NCBI GenBank assembly: GCA_018672055.1
Contig: JABHGM010000001.1
Coordinates: 72,884 to 136,883, forward strand
From: a bacterium
GTDB lineage: Bacteria > Patescibacteriota > Patescibacteriia > UBA1558 > UBA10009
DNA: 64,000 bases
Direction: 5' to 3'
Shown here: piece by piece, positions 1 through 9,393 of the stretch
Layout of the letters: every line of letters starts with the position of its first letter
Position numbering within the stretch: the first letter of the stretch is position 1
Notes under the pieces: model-generated
Seen by the model: only the letters and a program-made list of their open reading frames with translations
Told to the model about the DNA's origin: nothing
The model's database searches: none
Translations under genes and position numbers: made by a program

Positions 1-1778
1 GCTAATTTACTATCAGATAATTTACTTAATATACTCTTTTTATTATATGTATTAATATATTTATTAAATGATTTAGAATAGCCTTTTAAGAGCTTAGCAT
101 ATTTAATAAATAGATCCGGTTCTTTTTTTAATCTATTTAACACCCCTTCACCCACTCTTCTATGATCCTGCTTATCCATAAACACCCAAAAATTATTATT
201 CTGAAAAAATAAGGTAATCTCTTTATATGCATAACCAACTACATCTTTCATCTCTTTACAGATACATTCCATTGACATGTAATTAGGGAATGGGCTCATT
301 CTTTGTCTTTGACTAAGTTGTAATTTTTCCTTACATGGTTTTTTAAGTTCTCTGGCTACAATAGCAGCATGTGAAGTTATTCCACCAATATCAGTGACAA
401 AAGCTGAAGCTTTTTTCATTGCAGGTAATAAATCAGGATTAGTTTGAACAGAAACTATGACATCACCATGCTTAACTTTACTCATATCTTTTGATGAATT
501 AACTATTTTAACAGTACCTATAGCCTTGCCAAGAAAAGCACTCATGCCATGTATTAATGTTTTATCTTCTTGAATCTTTAAATCCCCTACTTTATCTTTA
601 AGATATTTCTTAGCTTTATCCCCGACTAAAAATTCTATATCTTTTCCCTTAATTAGAGTAATACATAATTTTCTTCTCTTTTCTATTAATAGTTTATTTA
701 TTACTTTCTTATTATTTAATAATTTAATTATCTCTTCAGTTGAAGCAAATCTTAAATCTTTAACTGTTAGATTAACTCTTTTAGAAATCTCTTTCAATAA
801 TTCATCTAAAACATAGAATAAGAAAAGTAATGAATCAAATCTTACTGTTTTATTATAACTAAAATTACGAGCTGTTTTAAATAATAGTTTTTCTTCTGAA
901 TTTAAATGTAGTTCTTTATTAAACTTAGCATGTAGTTTCTTTAATATATTACTTTCTTTAATTAATGATTTATACTCTTGATTATACTTATTAGTCTCAA
1001 GATATATCTTAATATCTTCTAAATATTCATTAAAAGTCTTGGTTGGTCCAAGTTGACCAAATGATAACCATTTATAGTTATCATATATTTTATTTATCTC
1101 TTTAAATATTAATGGATATTCATTAATTAATTTATTTTCTAATTTAGAAATACGCTCCTTAATAAATAATTGTTTTAATTTTCTATTTAAACTTATCTTT
1201 TTAACTAACTTTAATATAGTAATTTTCTCTTTATGAACTAAACCTCTATGTGTAGGCGTAATTAAAGGAGTGAAATAATAATTAATTTGTTTATTAATAT
1301 TATATTGATTTATTTTATCTTTAACTATTTCTTTAAGAAGTGTTGTAAGTATGGCATGTCTAAGATCAGGTATTACAGCTATCATGCCTAAATCACTAAT
1401 ATCTTTACCTAGCTGATATAATTTATCTAAGTTAGTTGCTAATTGTTTATTAGATAATTTACTTAAATCTTTTTTTAATATTTCATTTCCTAATTCATAT
1501 ATCTTCTTTGCTAATCTATCTATATCTTTAAGTAATTTAACACCATAATTTGAATCAGTTTTAACATCTTCAATAATCTTATTAGCTAATACTTTAAATT
1601 GATCCATATCACCATACCAATCAATACGATGACCATAAAAAACAACAAAAGAATCTTTAAAATGCATTGGTTTTAAATACTTATGATTTTTTTTAGTTTG
1701 ATGGAAGCCTCTGTGATTTATTCCTAAAGTTAAAGGAGAAACCGAGACTTCTTGATGTAATAATTCTATTTTACTCAT
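1..1778 (-). CDS. PEP-utilizing-enzyme swivel-domain protein, paralog 1 (3' end beyond window; C-terminal region atypical)
   Basis: Manual minus-strand translation from the ATG at 1778, which overlaps the paralog-2 stop as ATGA. The N-terminal ~480 aa are homologous to paralogs 2-4. The phosphohistidine motif GGITSHAAIVARELKKPC is present, but the frame then continues for >110 codons with no stop (KEKLQLSQRQRMSPF...) instead of ending in the VVGTK...DGDKVEVDA tail seen in the other three. Confidence 0.5.
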   Translation of the reverse strand, partial: MSKIELLHQEVSVSPLTLGINHRGFHQTKKNHKYLKPMHFKDSFVVFYGHRIDWYGDMDQFKVLANKIIEDVKTDSNYGVKLLKDIDRLAKKIYELGNEILKKDLSKLSNKQLATNLDKLYQLGKDISDLGMIAVIPDLRHAILTTLLKEIVKDKINQYNINKQINYYFTPLITPTHRGLVHKEKITILKLVKKISLNRKLKQLFIKERISKLENKLINEYPLIFKEINKIYDNYKWLSFGQLGPTKTFNEYLEDIKIYLETNKYNQEYKSLIKESNILKKLHAKFNKELHLNSEEKLLFKTARNFSYNKTVRFDSLLFLFYVLDELLKEISKRVNLTVKDLRFASTEEIIKLLNNKKVINKLLIEKRRKLCITLIKGKDIEFLVGDKAKKYLKDKVGDLKIQEDKTLIHGMSAFLGKAIGTVKIVNSSKDMSKVKHGDVIVSVQTNPDLLPAMKKASAFVTDIGGITSHAAIVARELKKPCKEKLQLSQRQRMSPFPNYMSMECICKEMKDVVGYAYKEITLFFQNNNFWVFMDKQDHRRVGEGVLNRLKKEPDLFIKYAKLLKGYSKSFNKYINTYNKKSILSKLSDSKL

Positions 1779-3214
1779 ATTTTTTTAATTATACCATTAG
1801 TAGCATCAACTTCAACTTTATCACCGTCTTTTAAGACTTTAGTAGCTATTTTAGTGCCAATAACACAAGGTATCTTTAATTCCCTAGATACTATTGCAGC
1901 GTGAGAAGTAATACCGCCTATATCGGTTATAATAGCAGATGCCTTATTCATGGCTGGTAATAATTCTGGCATAGTTTGTAGGCTAACCATAATCTCACCC
2001 TTTTTTATCTTACGAATCTCACTTACATGATTAATTATTCTGGTACGTCCAATTACTTTACCTGGGTAACCAACTCTACCTGATATTTCTGATGATTCTA
2101 CAATATTGGTTTCATTAAAATCAAGATGATCCTTAATATATTTATCAGCATTAATACCTATTATTATCTCCGTATTAAATACATCTTTAGGAATCCAAAC
2201 TGAAAGCTTACGACGTTTCATTAAAATATTTTTAGAAGGCAATTTATTTTTTTGTAAATAATCCAAACATTCTTCCATTGATAGATACATTAAATATTTC
2301 CTGTCTATACCAGTTTCTAATTGAATCTTTTTGGTCAATTTATTTAAAAAAGCATTAACACCATTACAGACTTGCTCTCTCATGCCTTTTAAATAAACAA
2401 AAATGCGACTCACCTCAAACATTCGACGCTCTTTGGCTGTTAAGCCTAATTTCTTTTCAATAGTTATCTGTTTCTTTGATATATTTTTAATACTTTTTAA
2501 GCGTATCTTACTATCTATTATTTTACTAACCTCTGTTCTAGACATGGCTGGTCCTAGATGACCAAAATTCAACCAGAACCATCTAGATAATACTCTATCA
2601 ATAAATTCCTTCCTTTTACTAGAATCTTTTTTTAATTTATACTGAATACTCTTTAATTCTATTTGTCGTTCATCAGATGGTAAATATTTAGTTGATGTAG
2701 TTAAGATATTAAAAATATGTCCAATGTCTAATCTAGTCTTTTTTAATCCAGGAGCTTCTTTAATAATATTTTCTAAAGTAGAAGTAAAAATACCATGTAC
2801 AGTGTCAGCAATTTGACCTAATTGAGAATATACACTTAGTAAAAAAGCGTTATATGATATAACTTTTAAATCTTCTGCTAATTTGTTGTTAGGGATTTCA
2901 TTAAAATCTGTTAGACCATATTCTTGAATAATCTTTATGGTTTGATTTTTAAGCTTATCAGACCTTACTACTAATCTGTTAAAAAACCCAGTTCCTCGTC
3001 CAGCTTTGTTAATTATTACCCAAGCTACTTTAGCCCAATAATTCAAATCCCAAAATATTTCTACTCCCTCATTTTTATATATACTAGCAAAAAAAATTGG
3101 CTTCATCTTTAATAACCTACCCATCTCTTGACTCGGATAACCATAATTTATTGATTGAGTAAGTGGAGTTACGCCAATTTCTGTATGTCCTCTTTTATAT
3201 ATTTTATTTCTCAT
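1775..3214 (-). CDS. PEP-utilizing-enzyme swivel-domain protein, paralog 2 (N-terminal domain of unknown function)
   Basis: C-terminal ~100 aa match the PEP-utilizers mobile domain: GYPGKVIGRTRII...GEIMVSLQTMPELLPAMNKASAIITDIGGITSHAAIVSRELKIPCVIGTK...DGDKVEVDATNGIIKKI. No ATP-grasp or TIM-barrel motifs seen in the N-terminal part. Start overlaps the upstream paralog stop by 4 nt. Confidence 0.6.
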   Translation of the reverse strand: MRNKIYKRGHTEIGVTPLTQSINYGYPSQEMGRLLKMKPIFFASIYKNEGVEIFWDLNYWAKVAWVIINKAGRGTGFFNRLVVRSDKLKNQTIKIIQEYGLTDFNEIPNNKLAEDLKVISYNAFLLSVYSQLGQIADTVHGIFTSTLENIIKEAPGLKKTRLDIGHIFNILTTSTKYLPSDERQIELKSIQYKLKKDSSKRKEFIDRVLSRWFWLNFGHLGPAMSRTEVSKIIDSKIRLKSIKNISKKQITIEKKLGLTAKERRMFEVSRIFVYLKGMREQVCNGVNAFLNKLTKKIQLETGIDRKYLMYLSMEECLDYLQKNKLPSKNILMKRRKLSVWIPKDVFNTEIIIGINADKYIKDHLDFNETNIVESSEISGRVGYPGKVIGRTRIINHVSEIRKIKKGEIMVSLQTMPELLPAMNKASAIITDIGGITSHAAIVSRELKIPCVIGTKIATKVLKDGDKVEVDATNGIIKKI

Positions 3215-4752
3215 ATCTTTTTAATCATTCCCTTTGCAGCATCTACCTCAACTTTATCACCATCTTTTAAAATCTTATTACATCCAAGTATTCCAACTAC
3301 ACATGGCACTTTTAATTCACGAGCTACTATAGAAGTATGGCAGGTTAAACCACCTGCACCACTAACTAAAGCTGATGCTTTTTTCATTGCTGGAACTAAA
3401 CTAGGATTAGTATTATGTGAAACCATAATATCTCCTTCTTTCATTTTAGGCATATCTTTAGGCACACTAATTACTTTGATAGTACCTTTTACTTTGCCCG
3501 GGTATGCACAAGTACCTTTTAATTCATTTGATACTTTTTTCTTAACTTGGAACTTTAAGTTTTTTAAAAACTTTTTAGCTTCACTACCTATTAATACTTT
3601 ATTATTTACTTTGTCATCCTGTACATACCAATAATCCAAAGCTAGTTTTAATCTATCATTTAACATGTCTGCTTTTACCTGTCCCGACTTTACCATCTCT
3701 AATATTTCCCAATATCTCATAGCTCTTACTTGATCTATGGTCAAATTAAAACGTTTGCCTAATTCTTTAAAAATCAATTCATAGTAATACATTGTAGTGT
3801 ATAAGACACTCTTCCTATAATCCTTAACATACATCATTTCTTGAGCTATTTTAATATATTTCTTTTCAAGAGAAGTTAGCTTAATTCTTTTTATTAACCC
3901 AAGTTGTTCTAATTTTTCTCTTTTTCTTTTAGCTTCTAGTTTCTTAAGTAAAACTCTGGCATCTAAGCCTTCTCTCATAAAAGCTTGTAATCTACCAATA
4001 TAATCTGATATAGGATAAGCTGGTCCCCTATATTGATATGTCATTGGAGAAAATATATTAAAATGTTTAATTATTAATTCAGACACTTCTTTATCTATAC
4101 TTGATAAACCATCAACTAATTCATCTAAATCAGATTGTATGAATGTTTCTTTAAGTTTAGTTTTGTTATCTAAAACTAAAGCAATATTTAAAAAACTTTC
4201 TTCTTCTCTTTCCATTACACTAACTTTTGTAGGAGTGCTTAATACTGTAAATACATCAATTAAACTCTTTTTTACTTTAGACCTCTTCCGAGCTCCATCT
4301 ACAATCTTTTTTATAGCTTTAGTGACTCTTTCCTTCTCAGCGTCTGCATGCCATGTTATTGAGGGACTCAAACTATGTTGTTTATAATGTATTTTAAATA
4401 AATTATTAAGCTTTCTATATATATCTTTATTAGACATTTTACTAAAATTCCATGTTTCTATTCTCTTAACTTCTTTTAATAGCTGGTCTGACCAAATAAT
4501 AATATTATTTAAAAAATCCAAAGTCCAATCAGGTTCATTAATTACTTTATTTGCTAAAAATTCAGCTTGCTGATCAAACTCGTCGGCAATGTATACCATC
4601 TGACTAAAATCACCTTGATGATATGTAAAATACTCAGATAACTTATCTCCTAAACCATGTTTAGGCCAATCGAAAAAACCTTTACAAGGATAACCCGTCA
4701 TAAATATTGTATTCTGTGGTATTTCTTCAACTATTTTCCAAGTTTTTTTCAT
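3211..4752 (-). CDS. PEP-utilizing-enzyme swivel-domain protein, paralog 3
   Basis: Same C-terminal swivel domain (AYPGKVKGTIKVI...GGLTCHTSIVARELKVPCVVG...DGDKVEVDAAKGMIKKI). 4-nt start/stop overlaps on both sides. Confidence 0.6.
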   Translation of the reverse strand: MKKTWKIVEEIPQNTIFMTGYPCKGFFDWPKHGLGDKLSEYFTYHQGDFSQMVYIADEFDQQAEFLANKVINEPDWTLDFLNNIIIWSDQLLKEVKRIETWNFSKMSNKDIYRKLNNLFKIHYKQHSLSPSITWHADAEKERVTKAIKKIVDGARKRSKVKKSLIDVFTVLSTPTKVSVMEREEESFLNIALVLDNKTKLKETFIQSDLDELVDGLSSIDKEVSELIIKHFNIFSPMTYQYRGPAYPISDYIGRLQAFMREGLDARVLLKKLEAKRKREKLEQLGLIKRIKLTSLEKKYIKIAQEMMYVKDYRKSVLYTTMYYYELIFKELGKRFNLTIDQVRAMRYWEILEMVKSGQVKADMLNDRLKLALDYWYVQDDKVNNKVLIGSEAKKFLKNLKFQVKKKVSNELKGTCAYPGKVKGTIKVISVPKDMPKMKEGDIMVSHNTNPSLVPAMKKASALVSGAGGLTCHTSIVARELKVPCVVGILGCNKILKDGDKVEVDAAKGMIKKI

Positions 4753-6251
4753 AATTTTTTAATTATCCCCTTAGTTGCATCTACTTCAACTTCATCACCA
4801 TCTTTTAATATTTTAGTTCCTATTTTAGTACCAACAACACAAGGTATTTTAAATTCTCTTGATACTATAGATGCATGACAGGTTAAACCACCTTCATCAG
4901 CTACAATAGCTCTAGCTTTGCGAATAGCAGGTACTATTGAAGGAGTTGTAGCAGTTGATACTATAATGTCCCCATCTTTCATTTTTATCATATCATCAGG
5001 TAAATCTATACGTTTAACTGTTCCTTTTACAATTCCAGGAAAAGCTGACTGACCAGTTATTATATTAGAGTTTTCTAAAATAATTTCTTCTTCTTTGATA
5101 TGCTCTTTTTCAAATTTATCCACCTCTTCCCCTTGATATATTTTTACTTCATTACCGATTGGTATAATTATATGTTTTTTATATCTTTCATTTATTAAAT
5201 CAATGTTTATCTCTTTACCATTTAAACCATCTTCAATTTCTTCTAATAAAGCAGAGCGCACTTGTGATAAGGACCAATTTAAACGTTTAGCTACTTCTTT
5301 TTGCAAAAATTCTAAATGATAATATGATTTAGATTGATAATCCTTTCGTCTTGGTTTTAAATAGACTGCTCTACTTACTATCTCAACATATTTTCTTTCT
5401 TCTTTATTCAAATTCAATTTTTTAAAATATTCTTCCCTCTTTTTAAAGACTTCTTTTCTTTCTTGCTCAAGTTGATTCAATTTATTTTGAGGATCAATAT
5501 CTTTCTTCTTATAATATTTCATGGTTTCAATAAAATCTCCTTCAGTAAAAGCAGGACCTGAATAAACATAAAAAACCCAAGTATATTTTAAAGTGTGCTC
5601 CTTAAGTAATTTGTATACTTCTGGATAATAATTTTCTAATTTTTCTAATATAGTGCTAGCATCTTCAGTTAAAAGTTCTTTATCAGGTAATTTACTATAT
5701 ACATTTAATATTGATTTTTCTTGCTCAAGTGCAAAGGAATCTTCAATGGGCTGAGTAAATACAAAATATGCTTTTTCCAATTCTTCTTTATCTAATTTAT
5801 TAGATAGTATTTCTTTCAATTTATCTTCTATAAAATGCAAATGACGAAAATCAAGTACTGGTACTAAAACTCCATAAGCATATTCTTTAATGTTATATTT
5901 AGTATGTAATTTATAGCTCTTAATTACTTTATTTGTTGAATACTTGGATAAATCATCAGTTAAAAACTGACTTGTAAACAAATTCATCTTTTCGCCATTA
6001 TTTACTGTTTCATCTAATATATTTTCTAAGACTGAAATATCTTTTTCAATTTGTTTTAATAAATTATTATGTGCATCCTCCCACGTACTAATTTTAGCAA
6101 TATAATCAATTTTTTTAGGATAACCTTTTATACCCATATATATCTGGGGTGTATCAGTTATCTTAGATTGATTTATTAAGCTTTTTGTCCAAATATAATT
6201 CCTCCAAAAAAATGAATTATAGTCTATAGCAATTTTTTCCCATTCCTTCAT
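4749..6251 (-). CDS. PEP-utilizing-enzyme swivel-domain protein, paralog 4
   Basis: Same C-terminal swivel domain (AFPGIVKGTVKRI...GGLTCHASIVSREFKIPCVVGTK...DGDEVEVDATKGIIKKL). Shares internal motifs with the paralogs (xGPA..., ...KDYR...). ATGA overlaps with neighbouring genes. Confidence 0.6.
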   Translation of the reverse strand: MKEWEKIAIDYNSFFWRNYIWTKSLINQSKITDTPQIYMGIKGYPKKIDYIAKISTWEDAHNNLLKQIEKDISVLENILDETVNNGEKMNLFTSQFLTDDLSKYSTNKVIKSYKLHTKYNIKEYAYGVLVPVLDFRHLHFIEDKLKEILSNKLDKEELEKAYFVFTQPIEDSFALEQEKSILNVYSKLPDKELLTEDASTILEKLENYYPEVYKLLKEHTLKYTWVFYVYSGPAFTEGDFIETMKYYKKKDIDPQNKLNQLEQERKEVFKKREEYFKKLNLNKEERKYVEIVSRAVYLKPRRKDYQSKSYYHLEFLQKEVAKRLNWSLSQVRSALLEEIEDGLNGKEINIDLINERYKKHIIIPIGNEVKIYQGEEVDKFEKEHIKEEEIILENSNIITGQSAFPGIVKGTVKRIDLPDDMIKMKDGDIIVSTATTPSIVPAIRKARAIVADEGGLTCHASIVSREFKIPCVVGTKIGTKILKDGDEVEVDATKGIIKKL

Positions 6252-7417
6252 ATTTTCTCAAATTTAAATATTTCTCTCTTTACTCTTTGCGTTTCTCTAG
6301 AATAAATTAAAGAACCGCGTTCAGTATCACTTGAACTAATTCTTTTAAAGCCTAAATTCTCAATATCCTCTAAAATATTACTCTCTTTGTTATCTATAAT
6401 AGGTAATATAAATATTACTATACCATTTTCTTTTAAGACTTTATGAAATTCTTTAAATGAATCTAAGTATAAATTAGATAATTCGGAAGTAACATTTTTA
6501 GTTGTCCTATGAGGTGGTCCTAAATATGGTTCCGTTATAATTGAATCAATTGAGTTATCATTAAATGATTTAGTTAAAGATTTAACATCTTGTTTCTTAA
6601 TTTCAACATTTGAAATATCTAAATCCAACTTAGTTTCTAACCAAGATATATTATTCTCTGTATCACGTACTGCCCTATCTGAAATATCTGAACCTTTAAT
6701 ATTATTAAAACCTAAAAGTAAAGCTTCTTGAATAATAGTACCGCTACCACAAAAAGGATCTAGAATAATTTTATCCAGTGAAGTGCCACTTAAATTAATC
6801 ATCATCTTAGCAAGCTTGGGTGGTAACATACCAGATTTATCATCACGTGAAGGTCTGCCATAATCACGATCTGAATATCCTGAAAAATCTTGAACTGTAA
6901 TACTATATCCTAAATAATAATTATCATTATCATTTATTATCACAACATCCAAACCTGAATCAATTAATTTTTCTTTTTTAACAATTACTGAAGACAGCTT
7001 AGTATCTTTGGAAGTTATGAATCTTACTTTAGCTCCATTATCTTTTAATTGACGTTTAATATTTAAACCTATTTTTTTAAAATCATTATTCCTTGATATA
7101 TCATATAGGCTAAAGCCAAAACGAAATTTTTCATCACCACACTTTTCTTCAGCTAATTTAAAAATTTCAGACTCTATACTAGGTTTAGAAACTGAATGAA
7201 TAATCTTAGCTATTTTAATAGTTCCACCTAATCTATCTTGTAATGTATTTACTTTAATCTCATTTAAAACATCTATTAAAAAAACAGAGCTAGTTGAATA
7301 TATCTCCTCATATTCAACACTAAATAGCTCTAAAACAGACTTTATCTCAGCTTTTGATAGATTAGGGTTATTACCTAAGAAAAAAGCATATTTACCCTTA
7401 TTTTGATTAATTGACAT
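6248..7417 (-). CDS. THUMP-like + class-I SAM-dependent RNA (guanine-N2) methyltransferase, Trm11/RlmL (UPF0020) family
   Basis: Motif I LDPFCGSGTIIQEA. Upstream GMLPPKLAKMMINL resembles the Trm11/RlmL pre-motif. A degenerate motif IV (TEPYLGPP) lies ~75 aa downstream. Translationally coupled (ATGA) to paralog 4. Confidence 0.55.
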   Translation of the reverse strand: MSINQNKGKYAFFLGNNPNLSKAEIKSVLELFSVEYEEIYSTSSVFLIDVLNEIKVNTLQDRLGGTIKIAKIIHSVSKPSIESEIFKLAEEKCGDEKFRFGFSLYDISRNNDFKKIGLNIKRQLKDNGAKVRFITSKDTKLSSVIVKKEKLIDSGLDVVIINDNDNYYLGYSITVQDFSGYSDRDYGRPSRDDKSGMLPPKLAKMMINLSGTSLDKIILDPFCGSGTIIQEALLLGFNNIKGSDISDRAVRDTENNISWLETKLDLDISNVEIKKQDVKSLTKSFNDNSIDSIITEPYLGPPHRTTKNVTSELSNLYLDSFKEFHKVLKENGIVIFILPIIDNKESNILEDIENLGFKRISSSDTERGSLIYSRETQRVKREIFKFEKI

Positions 7418-7458
7418 GCTATCTATGAGTTAGCTATAAGAAAAAAGAAATAGTTTAA

Positions 7459-8580
7459 TTACATAAACAGCTCAGATAAATAATGATCTGCTTGAACTAT
7501 TTTAATCTCACCTAAATCTTTTTCTCTTTTTAGAGTTTTCACTACTTGAACGGCTTTCAAATTATACTTATTAGAAAAATATCTTAAATTACTACTCAAC
7601 TTACTATCAGAAACTTTTGCTTCAATTATCTCTTCAATATTATTTTGCGAATCGACCAAGCTAAAATCCACTTCTTTACCATTTTTAGTTCTTAAATATT
7701 TCAATTGGTTATTCTCGCCCAAATAATCATTCCTAGATAGAACGTGTTTTAATAAAGAGATAGCTACAAAATTTTCAAACTTCTTTCCTTCATCACCCTC
7801 AACAAGTCCATTATCATAAAAATATATCTTAGGCTCTTTAAGAATCGATCTAGCGATATTTTTAGAATAAGGAGCTACTCTAAATACTATAAATAAAGCT
7901 TCAAGTATTTCTATGTATTTCTTTACAGTTATGGGTGAAAGTTCAACATCACGGGCAATTGAGTTAAAAGAAACTGGCGAACCCACTCTTCGTCTAAGTA
8001 ATTCAAAAATAGTCTGCATTACACGAATATCATGTATCTGTTCAAAGTCTAAAACATCATTTCTAATTAAACCATCAATATATTGTTTTTGCCATCTATT
8101 AACTTCAACAATATCATTTGATAAAAAAGGCTCAGGAAAACCACCTCTTTCAACAAGGCGATCAAGGACAGCCATTTTATTTCCTGATAATTCAGCCATT
8201 GAAAAAGGCATTAATCTATGAACATAAAATCTGCCAGCTAATGAATCGCCTGCCTGTCTAAATGTTTCTAATCTAGCACTACCAGTAACTAAAATTTTCA
8301 AATTTTTATCTTTAGTATCATAAACACCTTTAATATAATTTTTCCATTTAGTCATTTTATGCAATTCATCTAGAATTAGTAAATCAGTATCTTTTAACCA
8401 TTGTTCATTTTTAATAATCTCTCGATCTTCAAATCTATCATAATTAAGATAAACTACCTTTTTATACTCTTTGCCTATTTCTTTAGCTAACCATGTTTTA
8501 CCAACTTGCCTTGGACCAACAATAAAAACAACCTTTTTATTAAGATCTTTCATTATTTGTTTTATCTGTTTTCTATACAT
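7459..8580 (-). CDS. AAA_14 / DUF4143 family ATPase
   Basis: Walker A GPRQVGKTWLAKEI, Walker B LLILDELH. Overall architecture matches the COG1373-type ATPase. Confidence 0.7.
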   Translation of the reverse strand: MYRKQIKQIMKDLNKKVVFIVGPRQVGKTWLAKEIGKEYKKVVYLNYDRFEDREIIKNEQWLKDTDLLILDELHKMTKWKNYIKGVYDTKDKNLKILVTGSARLETFRQAGDSLAGRFYVHRLMPFSMAELSGNKMAVLDRLVERGGFPEPFLSNDIVEVNRWQKQYIDGLIRNDVLDFEQIHDIRVMQTIFELLRRRVGSPVSFNSIARDVELSPITVKKYIEILEALFIVFRVAPYSKNIARSILKEPKIYFYDNGLVEGDEGKKFENFVAISLLKHVLSRNDYLGENNQLKYLRTKNGKEVDFSLVDSQNNIEEIIEAKVSDSKLSSNLRYFSNKYNLKAVQVVKTLKREKDLGEIKIVQADHYLSELFM

Positions 8581-8652
8581 ATAGTACTATTATACATTAA
8601 AATATAAAATAGTCAAGACTATTATATATTACACTATAAAATAGTCTAAATA

Positions 8653-9390
8653 TTACTTCAATCTCTCTATTTCATCATTTAAAAACATTAAAGTTTCTTT
8701 TTTTATAACTAAGCGTAATTTTTTAAACTTATCATATTGTATTAAATGATTTATATCTTGATCAATAATTGTCTGAGTTATTTCTTTTTTAATAAATACT
8801 ACTAATTCTATTAAAAAATCAATTACTTTCTTCTGCCTTCTTTCCTTAATTACCTCGCTATTATAATCAAAACCATTAAAAAAGAAATGATGGATATCAT
8901 AAAGATCTCTGCCTGCTATCGATTTATTTTTTTCATATCTTTCTATTAAAGCTACTAACTTGTTAGCAAACATAGTTTCAATAGTTTGAGTTGTAATAAT
9001 ACGATCAATTTCTTTAAACCGTATAGTTTCATATTTATTACTCTTAGGAGCAGGGTAAGTAATATCAATTTTTAAAGTATTTCTTGCCCCTATCTTAGAC
9101 GGGTATCTTAAAAAATATTGAGGCACACTTAAACTCTTGTCCTTAATCTCTAAGCCAAGTTTTTTAAATATCTTTTCTAATTTTTTACTAGTTTCTTTTA
9201 TCTCAGTTTTTTTTCCAAGATAATCAAAGTCAAGATCAATCGAAAAACGATCTAAAAAACCACGCATAGCAGCTGAAGTACCCCCTTTAAAACATAATAC
9301 ACTAGCTAAATAAGGATCATTATAGATAGTGCTTAATAATCTATATAGCCAAGCTTTATGCTTAGCATCCTGTTTTTTTGGTAATATCAT
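8653..9390 (-). CDS. abiEii: AbiEii/AbiGii nucleotidyltransferase toxin (type IV TA system)
   Basis: N-terminal CFKGGTSAAMRGFLDRFSIDLDFDY matches the DUF1814/AbiEii signature. Lies directly downstream of an AbiEi-like gene. Confidence 0.7.
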   Translation of the reverse strand: MILPKKQDAKHKAWLYRLLSTIYNDPYLASVLCFKGGTSAAMRGFLDRFSIDLDFDYLGKKTEIKETSKKLEKIFKKLGLEIKDKSLSVPQYFLRYPSKIGARNTLKIDITYPAPKSNKYETIRFKEIDRIITTQTIETMFANKLVALIERYEKNKSIAGRDLYDIHHFFFNGFDYNSEVIKERRQKKVIDFLIELVVFIKKEITQTIIDQDINHLIQYDKFKKLRLVIKKETLMFLNDEIERLK

Positions 9391-9393
9391 ATT

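Noticed and set aside
3155-3634. Plus-strand ORFs antisense to the swivel-protein genes (3155..3634, 4139..4387, 4657..4878) and similar antisense ORFs elsewhere (7913..8221, 12770..13123, 14201..14413, 16469..16735, 27176..27613, 28856..29386, 43339..43569, 46096..46284).
   Set aside because: They lie wholly inside longer, motif-supported genes on the opposite strand, are low-complexity, and have no start signals. Typical shadow ORFs.
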